Source: Narcine bancroftii (lineage: Eukaryota). Taken from it: a stretch of DNA of 64,000 bases. Location: the NCBI RefSeq assembly GCF_036971445.1, contig NC_091476.1, forward strand, positions 172,980,001 to 173,044,000, read 5' to 3'. The translations under genes were made by a program, and so were the position numbers. The notes beneath the pieces are model-generated. The model saw only the letters and a program-made list of their open reading frames with translations. It was not told the origin of the DNA and did no database searches. Positions 51,501 to 64,000 of this stretch are shown here, one piece after another. Numbering within the stretch: the stretch's first letter is position 1; each line of letters opens with the position of its first letter.

Positions 51501-54500
51501 CCTTGAAATTAAAAACAGCAACACTGCTTTAAAAAAAAATGCCTGATGGAATCAATGGTGGCATACAAAACTTATAAATCACAATACAACCAAAATTTGT
51601 TTCTGAAGAGCATCATTGGTGTTGGTATAAGAATGCCTCTAACACCAATACTTCTATGTTACCTACTGGTCCTCTAATCTTTACAATTTATCCCATAGTA
51701 AGAGGATGGTTAGGGTCATTAATTCGCCTTTTTTGAACCTGTACCCAACCTCACTTGAACTTTGTACTTTCCCCAGTTGTTATTTATTAGTAACCATTCA
51801 CATATTTATTAGCCTAAACCTTGAGTGTGAAAATTAAAGAATTTGTTTATCGAAGTGAAGCCCGAACTCAGACTGGAAATTTACAGCCAGTATTTTTCAG
51901 GAAACATTACTTTTCAAAACAGAAATTCATTGATTATACAAATGACTTAAGATATGCAATAATCCAAAAATGTAGAGACAGCATCCAAAATAGTTTAGCT
52001 GGTAAATAAACAAGTTACAAATTTAAGATGCATTCATGGATGAAGGTTGTCAGAATTAAGTGCTCACATCTGTTTTAACCTTTACCTTGAACTTAATTTT
52101 TTTGAAATAGATTTTTAGGTCTGATCTCAAGGACTCATTCATGATATTTTCAAACATTTTTGACGATTTAACCTCTAACATGCTACATAGTCTTTCCCAA
52201 CCCATACCTAATGAGGTGTTTTTTCCTTACTCAAATCTCACTTTTTAAACTTTTAAACATTTCAACCCACGAGTCTGTGCCACCCTAATTATACTTCAGT
52301 AACTTAAGTTTTGAACAGTGGGAGGAAACCAAGCCCACAGAGAAAACCCACACGGACATGGGGAGAACGTACAAACTCCTTACAGACAGCGTGGGATTCA
52401 AACCCTAGTCCCAATCGCTGGTGCTGTAAAGGTGTTGCACTAACCAACCGTGCCCTTGAATCCAAGTGTCAGCGTAGGCAGATTTCGACAAAAACACTTT
52501 CTGTCCCATAATAGTCAGCCAGTTACTAGAAAAGTTCTCCAAATTGCACCACAATCTTTGCACATCCAAAAAAGATAGCATGACCTTAGATAAACAGTGC
52601 TATTTTCCCAACTCAGACATTTAAAACTAGAGTGATGTTGCCCAAACCCTCAACAACTTACAGGTAACAGATATTCAGTCCATCTGAGCAGAACTTGTCC
52701 TCACCTCCTGCTGGCAGAACTTGTCCTCATCCTCAATAACTTCTCCTTTGACTCATCCCAGCCTAACCTTCAGTCCAATTGACCAGGGCCCAATGATCCC
52801 TGTGAGAGTTTGAAAAATAAAGTGTACTGAATCTTTTTTGTTTTTTTTAAAAAAGAGTTCAATTTTGTGCAGCTTTAGTTAGAGGTTTGAAAGAAAAAAT
52901 GTTTTTTTTTGAACAGACTTCTGATTTCACGAGTTAATATAGGTGAGGATATTTGATTTAAAAGGTGTTTTGTGGTGTTACTTAATAATTGAGGTTATGG
53001 TAGCAGCACAATTATTTGTTACATCTTTTATCCTCTAGTTCATCCCGATGTTTTGAATTTCTGAATGCAATATGACAAATGGAAAGTAGAAGCAGTGTGG
53101 TCCTAATAAGAATATCCAGAATTAACTCAACACATTCTAAGATGCTAATTAAAGCCTTGGTAAGGTTCCACATGTGACCTATTAAATCAAGACCCTTGCA
53201 AATTGATCTATTTCTTACATTCCTGTTTTCAGCTCCCACATTCCATTGGTAATTCTACTGAACGTTCACATGCCAGTACAAATGGAATCTGCATAACTAG
53301 TAACTTTACCAGTTTCATTTGGAAGCAGTTATTTAATATGCATGCATCACCCATTCAAATAACATTTATGGGAGAAAAATGCCACAGCAGTAAATGTGTA
53401 TATTAACAATCACCCAATTCTCAATTGATAATTGTTGGGAACAAATTAAAATACATTATAAAATGTACTTGCACATTCTATAGAGGTTTAGTAATGGTAA
53501 CTCATGTGTTCTATTTTTTCTAAGGAGTGTGAATTTCCTTGAACAATTCTTAAAAAAAATTAAGAAAAAGTACAGGGCATTGTGCCGATAGAGAGAAAAT
53601 ATTTATTTCTCCAGAAATGGCATGGTGGTCAGTATAGCATAGAGCCTGCTCAAATCCTATGGTTTGATTTAAGCTCAAAACAACTTTTCTTATGACACGA
53701 GCAGGAGCAACCCATTCCCAGAGACTTCTTTATGATAGAGAGTTGCTTGTGCGTGCTAAACAGTGCTCAATTGTAACAAGGTTCATTTGATAATTTCTTT
53801 GTCTGTCAGAAGTTAGATCAAAAGAATCTGAACATTTTGCAGCTTATTCAATGACTTGGGTCCAGATCCAGCATCATTCTTTCAGATTCTTACCGATTTG
53901 AATCTAGGGAAACATGCGCACTACAGCAAATTGTATTTTATTACTTTAGGGTATCTGTGTTTTTACTGTAATCACAACTTCTGCAGATTTTCATGATTCA
54001 CTTCACAAGAGGATTGATCAGAAAGTATGCAAATTTGCAGTGCTTTCATGTTGCAGTTCTGTCTTTGGTCACTTGGAGCACAAGTGAGCATGTTGTTAAA
54101 CACTTGTGGCACAAGTCAATGCTCTACCAAGCCTTTGTCTCATTTTGCTGGTTCATCATTTCTTTTCACAAAGAAATAGTAGCTCTCTGACACGAGATCA
54201 GATGGATTTGGATGGCACCACTGGTTCTAAGTCTGTGGTCTGCCCATCCATACTACAGCCAATTAAGGTGAACACCAAAAACTGCTTCCAAATCAATCAA
54301 CAAACACCGCGAGGTTTCCTTTGCATCAGCATGGCTGATTTTTGCCATTTATTTTTGGTGGAATTATTCCAATCACATTTCCCCCTTTTTCAAACGGAGA
54401 CTCCGAATACAATCCATGTCCAGGCAAACTTTCCAAGGCTGTTCAAAATATAAACTCTGAACTGAACCCAGAGCAGAAGTTAATCATCTGTTTGCACAAA

Positions 54501-54674
54501 GCATTTTTAGGAATTATTTTAAACGAAAACGCTCAGAGGAAGTGACACTTCTGCTTAAAAGGGTCCCAGTTTTTTTTTTAAATTCTGCATAAATAAAAAC
54601 TGGGATTTTTTTTGGAAAAGTAATTAGAAAAATCAGCCTCTAATTGAGCATAATTATTTGGAGAAATTGCTGCT
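45600..54674 (-). other. MTF1: Probable long MTF1 3'UTR
   Basis: AT-rich and nearly free of transposon remnants compared with its flanks. AATAAA on the minus strand at 49804-49809 and 45613-45618. Confidence 0.5.
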
Positions 54675-55051
54675 CTAGTCTATTTCTTCTTTTACCTTCT
54701 GCAGCAGTACCTGAATGTCACTTGCCTCAAAACTAGACAAACTTGAAGGGGTTCTTGGACTCTCAAGAGAAAGAAATGCAGTAACATCCATATTGTTCAT
54801 GCCTGGCTGGAGTTCACTCTGTAAGGGTGGCTGTGTTGCCTCACTGCTTCCCTCAGAGCTGGAAGGAAAAGTCTGAGCCTGCTCCTGATCAGATGGAATC
54901 TGAGAAGCATCAGCTTCCCGCGATGGATTTTCCTTGTTGCTGGCTGGTTTTTCTTTGCTCAAATCACGGCAGGCACACTGACACTGACAGGACTCCTCTT
55001 GCTTGATGATAATGACAGGAACACTCAACCCTATCTGCTGCACTGGGTTTC
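54675..55051 (-). CDS. MTF1: MTF1 last coding exon ([29 protein letters not shown]...QKVKEEID*)
   Basis: Diagnostic [25 protein letters not shown] of metal-responsive transcription factor 1. Polypyrimidine tract plus ccAG acceptor. Confidence 0.96.
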
Positions 55052-55594
55052 CTGGAGGAATAAGAAATAGGTGAGGCAACTGGAGACCACTCTTGTCACA
55101 CTTAAACTACAGTTGGTCTGTTGGAACCTGAAATTTTGTGGTAAGTTTTCAGTTAAAAATTCCAGGACAGGACTACCACAAATATAAATATGTGCTAAAT
55201 TTTTGGTGCAGCCAGAGAAAGAAAAATGATTTCAATTGTTTATGGAACCTTAAACTCCAGTTTGTGACAACTGACCAGGTTAGATGGAAAGATGAAAAGT
55301 TAGTGAATAGCAGTTCCACAAAGGTCATCTTTTATTAGATACACAAGTGGGAAATGTATGCCAGTCGTGCAAAGCAACCTGTACATTTGGAGCAATTATT
55401 GTGCAGTCTTAGCAGGGATAGGACCCAAAATGATTGTTGCTATTTCCACTTGCATATATACGTCCAGCATTTTCTCTTTTTGTTACAATAGTCAGATATC
55501 AATCCCTCATGATTTTGTCATGCAACAACAACCATGTTATTGGGCATCACCACAAATAAACAATGAATTCTTGGAAATTAATCTCTGACTAGTG

Positions 55595-55988
55595 TAGGGG
55601 GTCTCCAAATTAGTCAATATCGACTCCCAGGAGTCGATGTGATCAACCAAGGGGCCAATAAATTCCAGAGCGTCTATTACATGGGGATTCAGGTCAATTT
55701 AATATAGCGCCTATGGCAGTGTTGGCCAAACTCTCGAGAGAGTGGAGTTTGGTAGCCATCATGTTGTCTTTGGTTTTGGCCTATACTGTAGTTGAGAGGG
55801 AATGGGAGGATGAAAATAGGTAACAGGTACGTCCAGCACACCGCCAACCCCCTGGTCCAGCGCCGCCATCACCTCTCCCCACCCACCCCCCCCAACCCGT
55901 TCAGTGCCGGGATTCAATGCCTGGGGTTCAATGAGCTACCACGTAGTCCCTGAAGAGGTCAATGGTCTAAAAAGTTTGGGGACCCCTG
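55595..55988. mobile_element. Non-autonomous hAT element in the last MTF1 intron
   Basis: TAGGGGGTCTCCAAA / TTTGGGGACCCCTG TIRs. Degenerate 8-bp TSD GACTAGTG / GACTCGAG. Confidence 0.7.
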
Positions 55989-56173
55989 GACTCGAGCGTA
56001 AAACAGACACAATATTGTATAACTAATGTAGCATATCATTTATCCAAGTGGACAAAGACCAAAGCTGAGATATCCTGTTATAATTCACTTTATGAATTAA
56101 TCGATTTAAATTTTTAACCTAATACTTGAAATTTACAGTAATTTTAAAAAAATACAGTAAAAGAAATTATTAC

Positions 56174-56237
56174 CGGTATTGCCTGTAACTGGTATTGCTG
56201 TGGTAAAAAACACCTTTTCTACTTTAGAAGCCTGTTG
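56174..56237 (-). CDS. MTF1: MTF1 penultimate exon (QQASKVEKVFFTTAIPVTGNT)
   Basis: Matches recalled human ASKVEKVFFTTAVPV. 64 nt; phase 1 joins G|GA. Upstream exons lie outside the window. Confidence 0.95.
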
Positions 56238-56599
56238 CTGAAGAAAAAAAAACTATTAGAAAAATGAACATTTGGTTTTATAAAATTGTTCAGTTTTTCA
56301 TCTAACAAGATAAATCATTCATACAGGAACAACAGGACATTCATCTGTGAAAAGTCTAGAATTCAAACTTGTAGCAGTTGGTTTCTCATCAACAGTGAGT
56401 TTGAAAAAGACAGGCAAATAAAAATATTCATGAAATGACAGTGGAGAAAACTAAATTAATTAAAGCACTAAATTGCCTGAGTTAATTAAATTTTACTTTT
56501 CTTTATTACAATGAAAGGTAGGCAAGAACAAGCACGTAGATGGATTTGAAATTGAAAATTCAGCTTGCACAAAAGCAAAATGTACAAAAGTACGTTGCA

Positions 56600-57025
56600 A
56601 GATCAGGTGTGGGTCTATCCATTGCAGTCTTGCTTCTGGGTCACACAGTTGCAAGTTGAGGCCCATTCAAGAGGCCAAGCACAAATACAGGGTCAAGTCT
56701 CCAGTACAGTACCAATTTGATTGGAACAGCATTTTTGGAAGCCTCATTTGCTTTGTCAGGGTAGATGTAAAGATCCCATAGCTTTATTTTAGAATCAAGC
56801 AGGCAAACTGTCCCTGGTGCCTGGCTAATGTTTATCCTTCAGTTAACATTCTAAAAATAAAGATTATTTGGACTTCATTGGATTGTTGTTTGTGCAACCT
56901 GGATGACAGAATGTTGGGTGTCTTTTTTCCTACTACATTATACTGTCTCTGAATCAAAAAAGTGCTTTGGAGCTTCTAAAGTCCTGAAGGTTCTGAGCGT
57001 ATGCAAGTCTTTTGCAAGTCTTTTT
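56600..57025 (+). mobile_element. Deu-domain SINE (SacSINE1/AmnSINE1-related), old copy
   Basis: GATGTAAAGATCCCATAGC...CCTGGTGCCTGGCTAATGTTTATCCTTCA Deu-like core; 3' end AAGTGCTTTGG...ATGCAAGTCTTT. Confidence 0.7.
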
Positions 57026-60000
57026 TTTAAACCCTCACTTCACAGCCAAAACATCTTTGATATGCAGTCCAGAAGGCAGCCAAGTACAAGGATTGAGCCA
57101 TCTTCACACAGCAATATTCCACTAATTAAATAAATGGCTTTAATTGCAAGGGCAACACACAGTGGGTAACCTACCCATGTTTTTGGAACTTAGAGGTAAC
57201 TGGAGCAAATGGAGAAGTCACAAAGTCACAGAAAGAATGCAAAAACGCCATACTGAAGCAACTAGCACCAGGCTTGAAGCCAGTTCCTGGAGTTGCGAGT
57301 AGAAGCACTAACTGTCAATCATTTACAATATTTTGATTTGGTAAACTGATTAAACATCTAGTCACTCAATGCAAAGATTCTGTTGGATGATTTTGCACTT
57401 ATCACCCTTGGAGACTCAGTAAAATTTTACATTGAGGCTAATCAAGAGGTTTTTAAAACTTGCATGGGAACTGTGAAAGTAATAAAATTCTTAGAGGCCC
57501 CAAGTGAACAGCATAAAAAATTCTGAAAAGGAACATTATTCACTTGAAGACTTACAATTGCATTGTAACTTTCAGGTTTTTGAGCCCTGTTTAGTTTGTA
57601 GCACCTAATTTATTCATTGAAAAGCCCACAAACTAATGCAATAATTACTGTTTTTTTTAAAAAAAAAGTTAACATTGATCCAGTGTTAAACACTAGAAAG
57701 GACACCAAGGACAATTATCTCTGAATTTCACCCAAAGAGCCTTTTATATTCAGCTGGGGAAAAAGATTTCATCTAACACAAAAAACACCACAAGCTCGCA
57801 ATGAGAAAAATATAGGTAAAATCCATATTCAGAAAACTTATTTGCAAACAGTTGCATTCTGATAATTTTGTCTAAAAGTCTCAGTTGGTTCCCACTCCCT
57901 TTCTTCCCACAATCTTTTTGCACTGGATTTTAGTAACTAGGTTAAAACTCTAATCCCAAAACTTTAGCCAAAATAAAACATGCTCAAAGAAGTTTAATTT
58001 TCTTCCACTGCCCTCATCTGGAAAAGGTAATTAATGCTGTATGAATCAACTCCTTCTAATCAATATCCTACAATTTCATGATATCAATCTTGGAATTGCC
58101 ACCAAAATCTTTCCTCTGCAATGAAACTGGTCAAGATAAATTATATTGCACTAAAACTAATATAATCTTGATGAACTGCTTACAAAGGTTTGAAATTTCT
58201 CTCGAATTTCCCCAGGGTTTTCACTCAGAACAGGTTATAAAATAACAAGAATTCAAGAGTGCAAAGTACAAAGCAGACTCATTAGGCACAGACTTTCAAT
58301 TCTGAACTCGATTGTTATTTGCAAAACTGATTTTGAACAATAAACCCTGTACCACACCCACCTAATAAAACTGGAAACCAATGCAATTATGTCTGGTCCA
58401 AGCAATTTTCTACCAACATGTAACCTTAAAAACAAGTTCCAAACAGACACAGATAACTTCCAAGAATGCATGCCAATATTAGATAGGTCCAGGTTCACCT
58501 TTAAAGTCATTTTTTTTTTAAACCTGGAAATTAATTACAAATTTCATCTCTTTTTGGTAACAGTTGAAATAATGAGAGATTGTGGAAAGGACAAAGCTAC
58601 GGGAGAATCCAGATCAGATGGCAATGATTTTCAATCAAACCAACTACTGTATACCAAAATATATAAAAAACATTTTTGGCTGGTGGAAATTTTCTTGGTG
58701 AACAATTCTAATCATGATCAGCAATGAGTGAGACAGCAAAAAATTAAAACAGTGGGCTTCAAACTTTTTCTTTCCACCCACATCCCACCTGAAGCAATCC
58801 CTTCCTAATCAGAGAGCATCGATGGCATAGGGAATACTTAAAGTGGTATGTGAGTGGAAAGAAACCATGCCGGAAAGTAGACTTCCCGGCATGGTAAACC
58901 ACTTAAGCCTCTTGGAACAGAAATAAGTTCTGAGGTTGTTATGCATATGGAATGGTTTTGAAGAAAGGCAGGAGGATTTGCAGCAATGAAACCAAAACCA
59001 TGGTGATGCCACATCATATGATGTCAGAGAACCATAAAATGAAGGCAGAGACACATTTTGGACACCACCAAAGAAAATTGACCTTCCTGTGAAAAGACAC
59101 GATTGGAACAGTAGTCTCTGGAAAGAGAGGGAGATGCTGTTCTATGTTGTATCATCCTCATAGGAGATACACAACATAAGTGGCTTTTACATCGGTAAGA
59201 CTACTTCCGACTGCTCTTTTAAGAAGAGAGGCATCCTCATTTGTGTCCAGAAGATGGTCACTCCTGTTTGAGAACAAAATCCTTGGGAAGATCACAATTC
59301 TGCAATCCCAACAAGATAAAGGGAAAATGTGAAATCATTTGTCAGAAGAAATATATTTCTGAAAGAAAACTCATCAAGAGACTTGTGAGTTTAAAGAAAT
59401 CTGAAAATATAATGTTTAACAGTGCTTCATAATTACTTCTGAACTGCGATTTAAAAAGATCTCAAATTCAACAAGATGTTTGAAACTGGATTTTAAAATT
59501 GACTTTTTCCAGAATCAAGCTTAAACTGTAATGGTTTGAATTTAATCGCACAGTCATATATCGTGATAAGTAAGAAATGTTATGTTATTAAGAATTTAAT
59601 GAAAAGAGTTTAAGGACAACAGCCAGCAAGCACGGTCTTGGAACAGACCACTGTGGGGTAATCCCGCATCACTCTGGCTGTCGAACCTCGCCCTCCACCA
59701 GGCCCAGTGGCGTGGGACCCAGAGGGAGGTGTTTGTCCTGGGAAAGCATTCGCCTCCAAGTCTTTGCCCCGGCACATGGTGTTTAAAGCTCCATGAAAAA
59801 CAGAACAAAAGTTCTGTGAGGACAGAAGAGCTACAAGGCACCGTGTTCATCTTTGCTTGGGAAGGGATGGGCCATGAAGGAGAGAGAGAGAGAATAAAAA
59901 ATTATTTTGAATTTACCATTGTCTGGTGAATTTTACATTGCTGTTCCTGAGTTAGTACTAGCAAGGTTTTGTTAGTTCATAACAGAAGGTTAGTCTAGAG

Positions 60001-60963
60001 TACCCATTTTCAACTTTTTTTTGGCTATGGCCCCTTTAGGACTCTGCTCATACTTTAAGGGCCCCCTTCCTTGTGAAGCAGTTACATTTTTTTTCCCCCC
60101 CCCATACTTCTACAGACTATATGAAAGAACAAAAAATATTGATGTTACATGAGGTGAAAAGAAAATAAGACTTTTACTTACATGTGGTGTAAGGCTCAAT
60201 GGGTGGGGGTGGTGGGCAGGTTGTGGAGCTGCTGTTAAGAATGGGTAATTTAGAGTGCAAGGTCGATTCTACCAATGAAATTAATTACATCAAGAGAGCA
60301 CGACAGCACCTCTATTTCCTCAGGTGTTTGTGGACAGATGTGTAGTGAAAAATGTGCAATCGGCTGCAAAACAGTCTGGTATGGGCATGCTACTACCCCC
60401 GAGCTTAAAGCCCTGCAAAAATTAGTAGTCACAGCCCAGGATATCATAGGCACGTCCCACTCCACGATCGAGAACATCTTCAGGGAACAGTGTCATCAGA
60501 GAGCAGCACGCAGCACATGCACTGTTCTCCCTGTTACCCACAGGAAAGAGGTGTAGGTGCCACAAGACCCACTCCATCACATTCAGGAACAGTTGATATC
60601 CCTCCACATCAGACTCCTCAGCATGAAATTCAATCAGGAATTCATTTTAGATAGGATAGCGGTTAGCCCAATGCCTTTACAGGGCCAATAATCGGGACCA
60701 GGGGTGGAATCCTGTATTGTCTATAAGGAGTTTGAATGTTCTCCCCTTGTGTGCGTAGGTTTTTCTCGGGGGGAGGGGGTTTCCTCCCACCCTTATAAAT
60801 GTACCAAGGGTGTAGCTCAATTTAGACTTACTTTTGCACTTTACTGTTTGTTTATTTTTTCTCCTCCATGTATTGCACAGTTGTTTCCATTTCTTTATTT
60901 GTTCACATGTGTACATGTGCCAATAAGTGGTCATTCTGCCTGGCCCACAGGAAAAAGAATCTT

Positions 60964-63900
60964 GGGGGGCCGTGGCAAGATGGCGTAAGGAACAGACGTG
61001 CCTTCCAGTCCTCTCCTGACTCTTTGTTATTGTTTTGTCTATAAGTGCCCGTTAAAACTTTTTAAAAGCCTAGAAATAGTTAGAGGTGTTGAATCAATTT
61101 CTGATGGTACAACTGCTGAAAAGAAGTAAAAAAAACGGCAACAGATCGTTAAGAAACTGCATTTCCCGAGGTTATCTGAGCCTACCTGTATACAAGAAGC
61201 CAGGACTCAGCGTGGAATGGATCCAGGAAGAGAGATACAAGATTCGGCAATAGAGCTCCGCTCTTTATCGGTAGGGCTCTTTAAAGATGGCGCCTGGCAG
61301 CCCTCGGAACAAAGGGCTAGCCAGGTGCGTGCGCGTGAATCAACACCCGCTGTGAGTGCTGTCAGTGAATCTTTGACAGCTAGAACAGCTGGGACGCTGC
61401 CAGCTGAAGACCCGACTCTGAAAAGACGTTTACCGATTGATGTAGCGGTGGCACAGCGAAATGCACCACCAGTAATGAAGACTTCAACAGACATTGATGT
61501 AATGAAGGCATTTGATATAATATGGGTCAAGGATAACCCTGGCCATCAGCCTCCAGATACTGCTGAGGAGGTTGTGGCAGGGGTTTCCACACACAGTCAT
61601 ACTGTAAGAAAAGCAGTTAAACCAAGGGAAGGAATAGAAGACCCTTTGGCGACACAGAAACAGCAGGATCCTACTGTGCCCGAATCTATTCCAGTAGATA
61701 TGCTTATTAAGAATCTTGAATCCAAGTTATCCTCTACAATAAAAGAAATAGGTAAGGCTTTAGTTCAGGTTAATACAAAGCTTAATACTTTGGTGGACAT
61801 TAATACCCAACAGATGGTTGATTATGGAGCTTTTAAGCTTGAAACGAGCGAAAGGATGTTTGTGACCAAGGCATAGTCGAGGTACGAGATCAAATACAAG
61901 ATGTAAATAAAACAATTGAAACTTTACAAATTCAGAATAAAAATTTAGCGAAAAAGGTTGATTATTTGGAGAATCAATCTAGACGGAATAATATAAAAAT
62001 TGTCGGTTTGCCAGAAGATATGGAAGATTCAGATCCAAGAAAATATTTCACTGAATGGATTCCACAAGTGTTAGGACAAGATAAGTTTCCGGAAGGCTTA
62101 ATATTGGAACGTGCCCATAGAGCTTTGAGAAGAAAGCCTTTTCCAGGACAAAATCCAAGACCTGTTCTGGTTCGTTGTTTAAATTATGATAGAGAGTCAA
62201 TTTTGCGTGTGGCTATAAGAAATGCACAACAAAGATCTCCCTCGATGGTTCAGAACAATCGTGTTTTTTTTTTAAATCCGGATTTGAGTCAAGAAGTTAT
62301 GTCTCAATGACGTGAATTTAATCCTGTGAAAGAAGTGTTGTGGAAAAAAGGATATAAAGCAACATTTAGATACCCTGCAGTATTGAAGATTTTTCAAAAT
62401 GGCTATCAACCAAAATTTTTTGATAACCCTAAGGAAGCTATGGACTTTGCTCAATTGTTGCCAATTACGCAATTTCAGGAAAGACGTAGTTCACCACGGT
62501 CTCCAAGGAGATTGGAGACGCAAGATGGGAACCGAATTCCAAGAAGAAATGGAAACAATGGTGGTCGTAGTGATAAAGTTAATTTTTTTTTAAATTTTCT
62601 GAGAAGATTTCAGATAATGATGATAGTTTAATGTGAAACGGGAGTTGGGAGAGGGAGCTGGGCGGGCATCATTTTCCAGAAGTCATCAGCTACGTGTGAG
62701 TGATCTCACACCCAATACCTTGTGGGAGTTACCGCATTGAGCGGTTGAGACAGGAGGAGGTGGTTGCAACCTCCTACCTGTATTTTTTCCATTAATTTTT
62801 GGATTAAGGAGCGAAGTTTTTTTTAATTATTATCTTTCTTTTTTTTTCTTTCTCTTTTTGTAGTTTTAGGAGGGGATAAGGGGAGGGGGTGTTTTTTTTT
62901 CTTTTCTTTTTTTCCTCCTCTTTTTCTTTGTGTTATTGTAAGTAATGTCTAAACTTAAGTTTGCCTCTCAATGTTCAGGGTTTAAATAATCCTATTAAGA
63001 GTAAGAAAGTACTTGCTTACTTAAAAAAATTTAAAGTTGATGTGGCTTTTTTGCAGGAAACTCATTTAACAGATAAGGAACATTTGAAACTTAAACGTGA
63101 ATGGGTTGGACAAGTTTTCTATTCTTCATTTAATTCAAAGGCAAAAGGAGTGGCAATTCTGGTGCAAAAGAATTTACCATTTCAGTTACAGAATGAAGAG
63201 AAAAATGGAGGAAGATTATTAAAATTGAATTGTACAATTCTTAATGAGGCTTGGACTCTGCTTGGTGTTTATGCTCCAAATGTTGAAGATACAGCTTTTA
63301 TTGTAGATGTGTCTTTATTACTTGGACAAACAAATTCTAATGTGAAGATTGGGGGAGATTTAAATGTGGTATTGGAGCCTTTATTGGACAAGTATCCAAG
63401 AGTAATTAAGAAATCTAAGATGGCAGTACAAGTGACTAATATGATGAAAGATTTGAATTTAGTTGATATCTGGCGAAGACTTAATCCTACAGAGAAAGAT
63501 TTTTTTTTTCTTCACGTCATAATTCCTTTTCAAGAATTGATTATTTTTTAATTTCAACACATTTGCAGGATAAGGTTATATCTGTGGATTATAAGGCAAG
63601 GTTGGTCTCAGATCATTCATTATTATTATTAGAATATCAGAGTTCACAAGATGTTCAGAGAACTCCAAGATGGAGATTTAACACTATGTTATTACAAAAA
63701 CCAGAATTTACTAGTTATTTAAAAAAACAAATTGAGGATTTTATTAGTAATAATGTTAACTCTGTTTCTAGTCATTTTGTTTTATGGGACGCAATGAAAG
63801 CTTTTTTACGAGGTCAAATTATTAGTTATGCATCTAAAGAAAGAGAGAATTAGAGAGATTGAAGATTTAGAGAAAAAGATAACTGTAAGTGAAAAAGAAT

Positions 63901-64000
63901 TTCAAAAAAATGCTACTGAAATGCAAAAGAACCAGTTAACTAATTTAAAATTAAAGTATAATGAATTACAAACATATCGATTTGAATGTTTAATGAATTG
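60964..64000 (+). mobile_element. L1-clade LINE with intact 5' end: 5'UTR, ORF1 (~61217-62630), start of ORF2 endonuclease (~62945 onward); disrupted
   Basis: GGGGGGCCGTGGCAAGATGGCG start (YY1-type). ORF1 LENQSRRNNIKIVGLPE...ERAHR...YPA. ORF2 NVQGLN, LQETHL, YAPN, GGDLN and SDH. Confidence 0.93.

Overview
Eukaryotic genomic DNA from a cartilaginous fish, probably a batoid. This is inferred from V-SINE/HE1-like and Deu-domain SINEs, CR1, Penelope-like and L1 repeats and from gene content. Three genes occur in the human 1p34.3 order and orientation. (1) YRDC (t6A threonylcarbamoyl-AMP synthase) is complete on the minus strand: 6 coding exons, 3300-20795, 248 aa. (2) A head-to-head C1orf122 orthologue lies on the plus strand: 3 coding exons, 27892-33062, 122 aa. 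(3) The last two exons of MTF1, including the CQCQCAC cluster, lie on the minus strand, with a probable ~9 kb 3'UTR. All exon junctions were checked by hand for GT/AG and phase. Introns and intergenic DNA are full of transposon remnants: Gypsy, a nearly intact CR1 ORF2, two L1s, Penelope, Tc1, hAT, Harbinger-like MITEs, Chapaev3 and SINEs. The most unusual structures are: a perfectly homogeneous 80 x 15-bp quasi-palindromic array just 3' of YRDC, whose unit is a one-mismatch oestrogen-response element and which carries a Kozak-optimal (MDNLT)n ORF; a small shared promoter enclosed by two G-rich (G-quadruplex-type) arrays; and a ~270-bp templated duplication flanking YRDC exon 5. I found no evidence of a new prokaryote-style system such as CRISPR. 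All functional ideas about the repeats are hypotheses.
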